This document shows, in pieces, positions 11,900-22,295 of a DNA stretch of 64,000 nucleotides. How positions within the stretch are numbered: the stretch's first letter is position 1; every line of letters starts with the position of its first letter. The notes under the pieces are model-generated. The model was not told where the DNA came from. It made no database searches and was given only the letters and a program-made list of their open reading frames with translations. The DNA is from Setoptus koraiensis (lineage: Eukaryota > Animalia > Arthropoda): positions 4,960,001 to 5,024,000 of the forward strand of contig CM106585.1 of assembly GCA_048013815.1 (NCBI GenBank), given 5' to 3'. A program made the translations under genes and the position numbers.

Positions 11900-13309
11900 A
11901 TGTCTAAATATTTATTAAGAACAATCAAACTTAGCTTGGCCCGGAGACAAATCTTCTTTCCTGGAGCCCATGACGTCGGTCGAGGCATCAGAGGTTATCA
12001 TGAGGATAACAAATACTCCCAACTGTCAGATGAAACATTGGAGGATTTAAGCGATAAATTCGATGCTCTACTCGAAACAAATCCAGGGGCCGATGTCTCT
12101 CTCAACAATGGCGTACTGACCATAGTTGTTGATGAAAACTCCACATATGTCATAAACAAACAAACACCCAATCGTCAGTTGTGGTTTTCATCACCTCTTA
12201 GTGGACCAAAGAGATTTGATTTAGACAATGCCTCTTGGGTAGAGAGAAAAACTCATACCAACTTGTATGATATTCTATCTGAAGAGTTCAGTTTCCTTTT
12301 GCAGAGGCCTGTCACAAACAAACTTAGATTAGCCATGAAACAAATAGACCCCCAAGATCGAAACATAATTATATTTCCCGGGGCCGATAACGTCCGTAAA
12401 GGCTTAGGTACCGGTTTATTATGTATTAAGGAAGCAGAAGAAACTTACAAGAGGGCCAATGATTTATTGAAATTCGACTTATTGTCTTTGTGTCTGCGCG
12501 GGCCAAACGAACATTTGGTGAATAATTTGCAGAATCGACATCTGGCAGCATTTGTCACGTCCCACGCTAGCCTGGCAAAGTTGGAACATGACTATCCCAA
12601 ATCAACTGATTATGTGTCGGGTGTAACTGGCGAGGATGTCGGCATGTTCAATTCTCTCGTTTTTGCCAATTGCCTGACATTTGAAAAGGCTCTTGAACTA
12701 GTCAAATTAAGGGCACAGGCACTGGTTAAAGCATCTGAGATAATACCTAGTGCTCAAATTCTTATTAAATTGAGACCTGCCACACAGAAACACAAGATAT
12801 GCCTTGCTGCCGAGCGCCATTGTATTGGTTTGGGAATACCTGAAGAGATAGCGGTATGCTCTATAACAAAATATTTAGGACGTGGAAGGATACAATTAGG
12901 TGGCCACCTCGAGGCGATCAAGTATCTGACTGAGGAGGGTGCTAGATTATTTGAGTTTAGAGATTTTAAAATACTACCCGATAGCTCAGGATATAATACT
13001 AAACTTATGAGACCAGTAGAGGAGTTATTAGACAGGCTTCTGAAAACTGACGATCTGAAATATCCCGACAGATGTAGAGTGTATTCAATGAGTGAAGGCA
13101 ACGAATATAAGAACGTAGAAACAATCCGCAGAGATTTAATATCACACGTGTGTAGGCCAATCAAATTCGAGCAGACCATTCAGTGTATCTATAAACGAGA
13201 TAGAGATCTTGCTCAGCCCAACACATATGTCATGTGGGATCGTGACATGCTGAAGTATTTGGATGATATCAATGGTCGCGCCAAAAGAGCAGCAAAATTG
13301 ATCAAATGA
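11900..13309 (+). CDS. FXN-MCAT: frataxin - malonyl-CoA:ACP transacylase (MCAT/FabD)-like fusion protein
   Basis: Single 469-aa ORF. aa ~35-137 carry the frataxin signatures (acidic helix LSDETLEDLSDKF, GVLTI, YVINKQTPNRQLWFSSPLSGPKRFD). aa ~150-469 are colinear with mitochondrial MCAT (IFPG, FDLLSLCLRGP, LVKLRAQAL, HCIGLGI, GHLEAIKYL, RPIKFEQTIQCIY). The N-terminus is basic and presequence-like. Confidence 0.9.
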   Translation: MSKYLLRTIKLSLARRQIFFPGAHDVGRGIRGYHEDNKYSQLSDETLEDLSDKFDALLETNPGADVSLNNGVLTIVVDENSTYVINKQTPNRQLWFSSPLSGPKRFDLDNASWVERKTHTNLYDILSEEFSFLLQRPVTNKLRLAMKQIDPQDRNIIIFPGADNVRKGLGTGLLCIKEAEETYKRANDLLKFDLLSLCLRGPNEHLVNNLQNRHLAAFVTSHASLAKLEHDYPKSTDYVSGVTGEDVGMFNSLVFANCLTFEKALELVKLRAQALVKASEIIPSAQILIKLRPATQKHKICLAAERHCIGLGIPEEIAVCSITKYLGRGRIQLGGHLEAIKYLTEEGARLFEFRDFKILPDSSGYNTKLMRPVEELLDRLLKTDDLKYPDRCRVYSMSEGNEYKNVETIRRDLISHVCRPIKFEQTIQCIYKRDRDLAQPNTYVMWDRDMLKYLDDINGRAKRAAKLIK

Positions 13310-13386
13310 GTTGAGAGATAGCTAGTTCCAATACGAATAAATCTTTTGGAAATAATTACATGAAATCGTCGAGCTAATCTGGACCT

Positions 13387-14195
13387 CTGTCTAATAACCA
13401 ACTCATGGCACCATCAACAAATAGTGTAGCGTTATTAGGCTACATGTCCCATACGTGTCTAAACACTTTAACTGAGATAAAACGTGATATGCTACAGGAC
13501 TGTCTCTACATGATTTTGTACTACCGAATCTTGGGCATTTTATTAGGTCGTTAAGACCAAACAAGGGACTTCAAGCATTCTTAGATCACATAACAATTCA
13601 CACAAAAACGAATGCCCCAGAGTTTCACATTTTGATTCTGTTTTGTGAATGTGCCACCCACCCTATTAGTATTTTGGATGATACAGAAGTTTATGAACAA
13701 AAACCCTTTTGCCCAGAAACTCTTAAAGTTATCTCAGGATTTTTAAACAATTTTGTCTTTCGTGTCATTTATAAAAAATTAATCTTTCAGGAACACAGAT
13801 TCATTCTGTAGCGAAATTGCGTATGCATCGCCAGATACGCGAATAAACGGCCGCCTTCATCAGAGGTTTTCAGACCATCGTTAATCCCGAATGGATCCGT
13901 GTTTTCAACGCCCGCATTGCAACTTCTTATTAGTGGTGACAACAATGCAATTGATATAGCCAATCTCAGGAAATATACTAAATATTTTGGTGGCTTTCAC
14001 AGTTACCATCGTGTCATCAGTTGGCAATGGGCTATACTGGAGAAGAATTTCGGCGCCGAAGAGCTTAAAATGTTCTTAAATTTCATTACGAGCTGTTCAA
14101 AGCCGCCACTACTGGGTTCCGCCAATCTATCGATATCGCAGTGGAAAATGTTACGTTATGCCTTTAGAAGTAATGCTGGCTTTGAACTGTCGTAA
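13387..14195 (+). pseudogene. UBE3B: collapsed UBE3B-like HECT E3 ligase pseudogene
   Basis: Fragments TCLNTLTEIK, LPNLGHFIRSLRPNKGLQAFLDH, LILFCECATHPISILDDTEVYEQ, SGFLNNFVF, and the HECT segment [29 protein letters not shown]...[12 protein letters not shown]...[10 protein letters not shown]...[14 protein letters not shown]. Lesions: frameshifts, an in-frame TAA at 13844-13846, and loss of the catalytic-Cys segment. Confidence 0.85.
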
Positions 14196-14551
14196 TATAA
14201 TCATCGAGAAATTGTTGAAAAGAAAACGAAAATTATCTTCGGAATCTTAGAGTCTATGCAGTGTATCATCGTTAGGTGATTGTATGCAATATCGAGCGCC
14301 GTTCTAGGAATTCATCAGATTACTGGGCAGACCTTTTCCACACGGACATCTAGGTTCGACTGCCAGGAAATTGCCTTCTCGGCACAACTATTCTGACTAC
14401 TGCACAAACAAAAATCAGGAAAAACCTCTCCGCCGTGACTATGATTGAAATGTGTGTCGAAGTTTGTTCATTGCAATGATGACACTAACTTGATAATGTT
14501 TTATATATTCGAGTTGCCTCTAGATAAATAGATGTCCTCAGCAATAATCTA

Positions 14552-15444
14552 TCATTTGCCTAGGCTGGGATCGCGCTTTGAACTAACAAAAGCTTTGAAT
14601 CTGTCGGGAGATAGAGAATATATCGATTAGTGACCAACATAGACGCGACCAAAGTGTTCACGTAGAACAAAACTACTCTCGAGTAATAGCGAGGATCAAC
14701 TTACCTAACTATTGCCTCATCACTGACCGAGTGGTAGGTGGGCAAACTTTTCTTAACTCGATCTATATATGCCACTAATGATTTAAATTCACTCAAATCA
14801 TAGTCGCATACTTCGCTCAAAGTTAGACCGCTGACAATTGAGACATCTGCAACAGTAAGGTTATTACCGGTGGAAAATTGTTTCCCTGTGACAATATCAT
14901 CCAAATGTTTCAGAACATTTTTGAATTCTTTCTCATTCGCCTCATCCAACTCAGGGTTGCCGAAAATAAATGGTTTCAGCAATTCGCTTTGGGCCTTATA
15001 CAATTTAGTTAAATCCCAATTAAGCATCATGTCGACTTTAGCTCTTTGAACCGGATCTTTCGGGTACAGCGAATCATCTTTGCCGTATTTATTAACCAAG
15101 TAGGTGATAATAACACGACTGATTTTGTGCAGCGTAAGAGTGATAAATAAAATTGTTGGTGCAGTTAAAGCATAAAATATAAAAAGAATGAGAAAGATAG
15201 AAATTACATACATGAGAAGACATTAGGTCGCTAGGTAAGCTAACCTTTCGTAGAGAACCAGATCTCCATCCACAATAGTTGGAACAGTGTGTTGCGGATT
15301 TATCTTGAGAAATTCTTCACTCAATTGTTCACCTTTAGCTAAGTCAAGGTATTTCTTGTTTAGCTCTATGCCAAGCTTATCGGCTACCAATTCAACGGTT
15401 CGACATGGTGGGCTCTCCGGCATATAGTAAAAGTCGACAGGCAT
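14552..15444 (-). CDS. GstD: glutathione S-transferase, delta/epsilon class (3 exons)
   Basis: Exons 15444-15245, 15118-14705 and 14600-14552 total 220 aa. Motifs: DFYYMPESPPCR, INPQHTVPTIVD, LYES|RVIITYLVNKY, LYPKDP, LTVADVSI. Confidence 0.92.
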
Positions 15445-16945
15445 GTTTGTTTAGATGTTGATTACTCAAAAATTCAGGTATATTCTTGATTAATTTTGAC
15501 CTTAGTCCAGTTGTTACTAACTTTTCTTACTCTCAAAGCCAAAAAATGACATTCATTGATATCGAGGCTTAGATTTGATTGTTATTTGACGCGTTACGGT
15601 GGCTAGAGTGACGAGTAGTTAGCCAGATATTAGAATTGTTGTCATAGTAACTCGTGATTCAAGGCCACCTGCTTGAAACTATCCCTATCTTGTTGATAAG
15701 AAACAAGTGGTTTGTTGTAAAGTACGCCGCGAGGAGGGCGCTTTCGCTGTATCTCCCGTGCGATCACGCAATTTCTCTCGTAGCATCGTGACTTTTTCGA
15801 AGAAGAAGTTTGTTTTTTCCCCAGCTATTGCATTATCGTTCTACACAATGATAATGGGGAAGGGAGAGAGAGAGTCGGCCGAGACCGATCCCACTTTTGG
15901 AATACGTCGGGAGGGAATGCAGCACTCCCCTGCCTTCCAACGTCAAGGTCATACCGCATGACTCGAGCAATATGACTGTTGAAGATTGCAGCACCATTGG
16001 TGTTGCGGGCGGATTGCAGCCCAGGGCGGGCATGCCCAATCTTGAGCGGCTTCGGGCGGCTTGGGCGATGAATTTAGGGGCCCCAGTTGCATCAAATAGC
16101 CAGAATCATTTACAACTTGTTGGTTTGTACTATCTAAAACGGAAATATTTAGATCGCGCCAGGTTATTGTGAGCAATCCTGCAGATACGCGCCCCGCAAG
16201 ATCAACTGCTGCTTGCTAGAACTGCTTATAAAATTCCGCGTGCACCGCCCTGGCGGAATAAAAATGAACTCCGCAAAAGGACGATAAAAAAAACGCACGT
16301 TCACAAGGCAAGCCGGGTATATCTACGGACTGAGAGGAACCCGAACAAATATTTATCCGTTTTGTTTTGGTTGGTTCCTATTCCGCCAGAATTTGGCCAA
16401 ATGCATCATCTTAAAAGTGGCACGGACAAGATACAAGAGACTAACCCGCTTATTGGCTCTCACAATTGCACTTAGTGGGTCGGCGTGTCTGCCAAATAAC
16501 GATCCCTGGCAGTTAATAACCATGACACATATCTCATCTAGAGGGAAAAATTGTTAAATGCACCGAGCATGGCCCATAGTTCACGACCTGCTTATTTGTC
16601 TAAAATGCAAGTGTTTGTATTGACAAGGATCTTCCAATGACAGTGGTCAGACCTGACTTTAGCCGTATATGACTCTAACCGTTTATGACTAATTGATTGG
16701 AACAGTATAAATATTGATGTTATCGACTAGAAATTCTACGAATTAACACGATCAGACTTGTGCCTACTGTTGGTATTTGGTATGATGTCAGTTGTGTACT
16801 AACTATTGTGACTAGGTTGGCACGCAGCATATGTTGTTATTGTTGAATAAACAAACATGATTGAAATTCTCATTCACTTGGCACCTACATGCATACCTTA
16901 ATTATCCGGTCTTTTATCAACAGTGGTACTATTCCTCGAATATAT

Positions 16946-17614
16946 CTATTTTGAATCTATAAATTTTTGCTTGAATGGATTTTTCAATCTAAATAAAATG
17001 TGCAGATACATATTCTTCAATACATTATCAATTTTGGGCAAAGAACTAAGATATGGAATGACTACATTCCTGAGATGTCTCACGCATTGTCTTTTTCTGC
17101 CAAGTTGACATAATGATAATGACACAAATAAATGACATTTGGCCAACAATCTTTCGTCTCCGAGAAGCAGGGCCAATATAAATTGTTTTTGAGCAGCTAA
17201 TAAGCCTGCTTTAATTGAGAATTCATCGAAGTCCTCTCCGAGCGACGAGAATGCTCCGCCCAATGTTGAGAGCCATGAATAACAATCCTCCAGAATCACC
17301 CTGCCTAATGCAACATTTAGCACTCTCACGGTCCAGTTATAATCGATAGGTAGGACCGTATTGGCTTGGACTAGCATCGTGGCCACCTCAACGTGGTGAT
17401 AATTGTCGCCATTAACGCCTTGTCCAAATTTAAATTGCCTATCGTGGCGCACCTTTCTGGCCAAGCCATCGCGAAACTTTTGCGAACATCTCAGCTCGTG
17501 TATTACCTTGAATAGGGTGTGAGAGTCGATAATGGTGCTCGTTACAACAATATTGTGATTGGCTTTTTGTTGATAATCTGTATGACGGTTTTGTTGTATG
17601 GTTTTTGGATCCAT
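16946..17614 (-). CDS. DUF4807 family protein (C. elegans F58A4.6-like)
   Basis: WLSTLGGAFSSLG motif followed by QFILALLLGDERLLAKCHLFVSLSLCQLG. The first ATG is at 17614; the ORF stays open upstream to 17830. Confidence 0.65.
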   Translation of the reverse strand: MDPKTIQQNRHTDYQQKANHNIVVTSTIIDSHTLFKVIHELRCSQKFRDGLARKVRHDRQFKFGQGVNGDNYHHVEVATMLVQANTVLPIDYNWTVRVLNVALGRVILEDCYSWLSTLGGAFSSLGEDFDEFSIKAGLLAAQKQFILALLLGDERLLAKCHLFVSLSLCQLGRKRQCVRHLRNVVIPYLSSLPKIDNVLKNMYLHILFRLKNPFKQKFIDSK

Positions 17615-18357
17615 TGCGCTAATTTTAATATCACAGATAACATAATCGTCATTGTTCCATTGACAACTGTTGGCCTTGGCAAGAATAATATGAATGGTGT
17701 TTGTGTCCGTTGTTAACAAGCCACCAGCAGTAATTATGATCGAGTAATCAATCAGGTGATTAATGGTGACATTGTTATAATTAAATATGGTGCTAAATAT
17801 GGGGTCTACAGCATGGATGTAATAAATCACGAAGAAATAATAAAAAATAACCTTCCGTTCTAACTAACGGAGAGAGGCCGGGCGAGCTCGCTTCAAATTT
17901 TTATTCTTCTGTTCTGCAAATCAAACACTCCCACACTCCCACAAGTGTTGACATTCACTCATGTCGACGAGACCTGTCTGCGTTTTGGCGCTAAGCTTAT
18001 TGTTTGAATTAGCTTGATACTTCACTGCGCGTGAGCGGAGTCGCCAGCCTTCAAAAAGTTTAGCTCGCATTTTTTTGTGCGCTCTTTATTCTCCATCAGC
18101 TGTACGTTAGAAAATAAAAACATGGAGTAACCCTTCACAGTGTATAATTATAGTTGATCACCTGGTTGATCAACCCGTAATTTTCATTTGTGAATCATGG
18201 TTTCATTCCCATATCGAAATCGATCAAATTATTAGGCTGATTGAATTATTAAAACGACTAGATTACATTTATATATCCATCTATTTATATAACTACATTT
18301 GATACATTACATTTGTACAGATACGCGCACAAAACTGGAGACTACAAGCATTCAAGA

Positions 18358-21300
18358 ATGGCGGACGCATTTTCTGGATTCCAAGCTGATCAACATCAAA
18401 ACGGCAAAAACAGATCAGCGTCCAATACCAGCAGCAATATTGTACCAGGTGATTGGTTGTCGGAAATCTTGGACGAAGTGGGCCTGTCTCAATTTCACAA
18501 CAAACTCACTAATGATCTCCAATTGACAAGACTATCACATTTTGATTTTGTTGGAGAGGACGATCTCATAACCATTGGCATGAGCCGTCCAGCTGCCAAA
18601 CGGTTATTGGCCAGTATAAGAAAAAAGAAATCATTAGTAACAGCAATCAAGAACAAGATTGTCAATAAATTATTGCCAATAACAAACGTAACAAGAAAAA
18701 CTTCGTCGCCCACATTGGGATCAGTCAACATATCATCCTCTTCCTCTCCTCGTTCGTCTTCGCCTCTCTCGTCATTCTCATACAAATCAGCATATCATAA
18801 TAGTCATAATAGTAATAATGATAGCACTAGATCCAGGCAAGTAGGTCTCACGTGTCTGATTAACAATTCAGATGTTGAGATTAAAGAAGAGATTGGCCAT
18901 GGTGTGCATGGAGTCGTCAGGAGAGGATTGTGGACTGTGTCCAATTGCAAAAGGATAGAAGTGGCTTTGAAAATTCTCAAAAATGATTTAATATCATCAC
19001 CATCAAAACCGCACACTTCATTTGATGAGTTCGTCAAAGAAATAAACATCATGCACAAGCTCAATCATCCAAATCTCATCAAGCTTTACGGTGTAGTATT
19101 GTCAAGCCCCATGATGATGGTTACTGAACTCGCACCTTTCGGAAATCTACGAGACAAATTAAGAAAAGAGAATGGTCGCACTGCTGTATCTCTTTTGATC
19201 AATTATGCCGATCAGATAGCCTATGGTATGGGATACCTAGAGACAAAACGACTAGTCCACCGAGATCTCGCAACGAGAAATATATTTATTAGTCATAATG
19301 AGAGGATTAAAATTGGCGATTTCGGCCTGATGAGAGCAATTCCACAGCACATGGAGCATTATGTTATGAATGAAACTACTAGAATCCCCTTTCCATGGTG
19401 CGCACCCGAGTCTTTAAAACTAAAGTTATTTAGCAGTGCATCAGACACCTACATGTATGCTGTAACTATTTGGGAGATGCTCTCTTTTGGAAAAGAGCCT
19501 TGGGCCACACTATCCGGATCGGAGATACTAGGCAAACTAGACAAGGGAGAACGCTTGGTTCAGCCACCAGCATGCTCCCCTTCAATCTATCAAACTTTAC
19601 TTCAATGCTGGGACTCGGAGCCAGCAAATCGGCCAACTTTTTCTGCCCTATCCAGTTTTATGTCAACATCGTATCCACTTGAAGTTAAAGCAACTAAATC
19701 TCTATCCCAGGAAAACAGCGATCAATATTACCCACCTCTTAATTCTATTAAAAAAACGGAAGATCTAGTAACTGTTTCTATGAAAAAGTTTCAAGAAGAT
19801 GAACGTGAGATTCTATGTTGTGAAATAGATGATCGTATTCAAGTTATCGATGGACAGCCTGAAAACTACTGGTGGAAGGGCCAAAATCAAAGAACATTCA
19901 ATATAGGTTGGTTTCCGCTGAATATCACTCAATGGTTGGGCCCAAAGAAGCAAAATTGTATTAGCAAGCCTATAAAAAATAGTTTCATACACACTGGTCA
20001 CCTGGGACCAGATGGCCGCTGGGGCAATCCTAAATCCATCGACCCAATGTATCTCAAGAACCCACTTGCACCAATTCATCACATAACATCAAATGATGAT
20101 TCATTGTCTGGAGTTAAACTAAAGACTCGTTCCAAATTATCTAGACTGTTTGGTATAAATGAACCCAACTCGAATAATTCGAGTCAACAACAGTTATCGG
20201 ATAATCAGAAGTCATATCATAAGTTACTTAATGACGGTGGCATGCGTCACTCATCAAAGAAAAAATTGTTCAACAATATGCTAAGGTCACAATCTCAAGA
20301 TATACATATCAAAGAGAAGAGCAACGAAGCTTATTTACACTCCAAAAAGACCAAAGATGAGCCATCTCTAATAGACTTTAGTGATGAAATCCAGATAAAT
20401 ACCACGAACGAATCCTTCACATCAGGTGGTATTCCGCCAACAATCGGTGGGCTTTCACTAGCCAATCATGTAAGATCATCAAAATCCCATGAGTCTTTAT
20501 ATCGTCCGCTAAGCGATACAAACTTGCAAGTTTTCGGCGACAGATATCATGATATAAGTCAGACTGGTTCATGGAACACAGGTACTTTTGATGATAACTA
20601 CTGTAACTCAAACAACAACTACTCAAAATACTATTGTCCACAAGATGCAGTTGTAAATAACTACACCTCTGAAGCTTATCATTATTACTCGGCCGTGCCG
20701 TATGGTGCCAGTGTATCGAATGTAGATACAAATGATTCATCTGCCGCGGTCTCTGGTCCAGTTCCGACCAATTTGGCACCCAAACTCAATCAAAATTCAG
20801 ATCTCTCTGGAAATAACACTACAAATTGCAACAGCATCCCAAGTCTACCCAATGGTGTTAATACTGAGACTAGTCAAAAGTTTTTCTCATCTTATCATAG
20901 TTTTCCTGTGACTTTTGACGATTCTTCAACTCCTTCGCTCAATACAGACTCCTCAATTGACAGCAGCAAAGCGAATGAAATCATGCACAATAAATTTGAA
21001 TTATCTGATTCTAACATATCCGGTCAATCAAATATCTCCCAAGAGCATCAATTTATAACTAATAGTAACAACAGCGATACTCAACAGCAAACTTCCAATC
21101 CTGCAGCAGCAGACAGTCGCTCGACAATCATGCCAACAAAAACAAATGCTACGAAATGTCCCAACACCGCTAATGCTTTTATGTATCTCGGCACGCAACA
21201 AACAATCGACAATAGCACTGAGAATACTCTCAACTCTGACCATCATTCATCGCCTACCAAATTGTCCAAAGAGTTCATAAAGACCCTAGAGGACGAGTTG

Positions 21301-21810
21301 GGCATCAGCCCAGGCAGTTGTTCTCAGGGGAAACCAGAGAGTAACAAAGAAGCGCGAACGAAAAGGATACAAAACAACTCGTCACTCAACACAAACTCGA
21401 TACCGCTCCCTCTTCCGCCGCCACCCGCATCGTTGTTACATTCACGCCAGAGCTCGGCCAAGACGTCAACCCAAGTGGCCATCGTAGCACCAAATTGCAT
21501 GTTGACTAACAACAAATCTTCCAAGGAGGCAAATAAAGCTTATGTTATAAACGGAATACCTAGCAGTCGGGAACAACGTCTAGTCAATCAAATTCAGAAG
21601 CACTGCTCTGGCGATATAGATGCCGTAAAATGCCTGCAAGCATTGCGACGCAATAATCTGAATTATGAACTAGCCATACACGAAATTCAAGTTGATCGTC
21701 TGATGTCATTGCAAATAACTAAAGACAAAAATCGATGCGAAAGAGCTCTCATAGCAACCAACTGGAAATTGGAGAGTGCCGCCTCAAGACTGTTGGATGA
21801 AACCCTCTAG
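18358..21810 (+). CDS. Ack: Ack/TNK2-family non-receptor tyrosine kinase (SAM-kinase-SH3-CRIB-UBA), intronless
   Basis: SAM (WLSEILDEVGLSQF...LSHFDFV), kinase (IGHGVHGVVRRG, HRDLATRN, KIGDFGLMR, IPFPWCAPES), SH3 (NYWWKGQNQRTFNIGWFP), CRIB (ISKPIKNSFIHTGH), and a C-terminal UBA (ALIATNWKLESAASRLL). Confidence 0.93.
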   Translation: MADAFSGFQADQHQNGKNRSASNTSSNIVPGDWLSEILDEVGLSQFHNKLTNDLQLTRLSHFDFVGEDDLITIGMSRPAAKRLLASIRKKKSLVTAIKNKIVNKLLPITNVTRKTSSPTLGSVNISSSSSPRSSSPLSSFSYKSAYHNSHNSNNDSTRSRQVGLTCLINNSDVEIKEEIGHGVHGVVRRGLWTVSNCKRIEVALKILKNDLISSPSKPHTSFDEFVKEINIMHKLNHPNLIKLYGVVLSSPMMMVTELAPFGNLRDKLRKENGRTAVSLLINYADQIAYGMGYLETKRLVHRDLATRNIFISHNERIKIGDFGLMRAIPQHMEHYVMNETTRIPFPWCAPESLKLKLFSSASDTYMYAVTIWEMLSFGKEPWATLSGSEILGKLDKGERLVQPPACSPSIYQTLLQCWDSEPANRPTFSALSSFMSTSYPLEVKATKSLSQENSDQYYPPLNSIKKTEDLVTVSMKKFQEDEREILCCEIDDRIQVIDGQPENYWWKGQNQRTFNIGWFPLNITQWLGPKKQNCISKPIKNSFIHTGHLGPDGRWGNPKSIDPMYLKNPLAPIHHITSNDDSLSGVKLKTRSKLSRLFGINEPNSNNSSQQQLSDNQKSYHKLLNDGGMRHSSKKKLFNNMLRSQSQDIHIKEKSNEAYLHSKKTKDEPSLIDFSDEIQINTTNESFTSGGIPPTIGGLSLANHVRSSKSHESLYRPLSDTNLQVFGDRYHDISQTGSWNTGTFDDNYCNSNNNYSKYYCPQDAVVNNYTSEAYHYYSAVPYGASVSNVDTNDSSAAVSGPVPTNLAPKLNQNSDLSGNNTTNCNSIPSLPNGVNTETSQKFFSSYHSFPVTFDDSSTPSLNTDSSIDSSKANEIMHNKFELSDSNISGQSNISQEHQFITNSNNSDTQQQTSNPAAADSRSTIMPTKTNATKCPNTANAFMYLGTQQTIDNSTENTLNSDHHSSPTKLSKEFIKTLEDELGISPGSCSQGKPESNKEARTKRIQNNSSLNTNSIPLPLPPPPASLLHSRQSSAKTSTQVAIVAPNCMLTNNKSSKEANKAYVINGIPSSREQRLVNQIQKHCSGDIDAVKCLQALRRNNLNYELAIHEIQVDRLMSLQITKDKNRCERALIATNWKLESAASRLLDETL

Positions 21811-22295
21811 ATTGTTACTATTAATAGATTATTACGCGAAAGTGTTTATTACGTAAATATTATTATTGTTTTACACATACAATTGTATTATATATGTATA
21901 GTTAAACAGTAGGTCAGAATTCTGACATACGATGAGTAAACTAGTAACAATAAGATTATCGCGTTAATTTAAAAGAACAGCTGCGGACAAATGATCGACA
22001 AATTGGCCTATTCTCTCAATTCTGTATCGCATTGTTTGTTGATACAAAGCTTGTGATTTGTAGGTTGAAGACCAGCAGAAACTCAATGTTTTTTGAAGCC
22101 TCAATATTTGAGGCAGATAACATATTGTGCTGCTAGCATGGATTGCTAGCGGTTGGATAAGGTAACTGAGAAGTTTTGATAAAACTGGTTGGTAGAGGTT
22201 ATGACAAAAATCTCGCAAAATTTTCTTGAATTTAATCCTGCAAGTGTAAGCCTTCGTCGGCATCAATTTGAGGAGTTGGAGCTCTCAATAGTAGC

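Noticed and set aside
21964-22266. 100-aa minus-strand ORF after the cortactin stop
   Set aside because: No homology recognised; most likely the cortactin 3' UTR.
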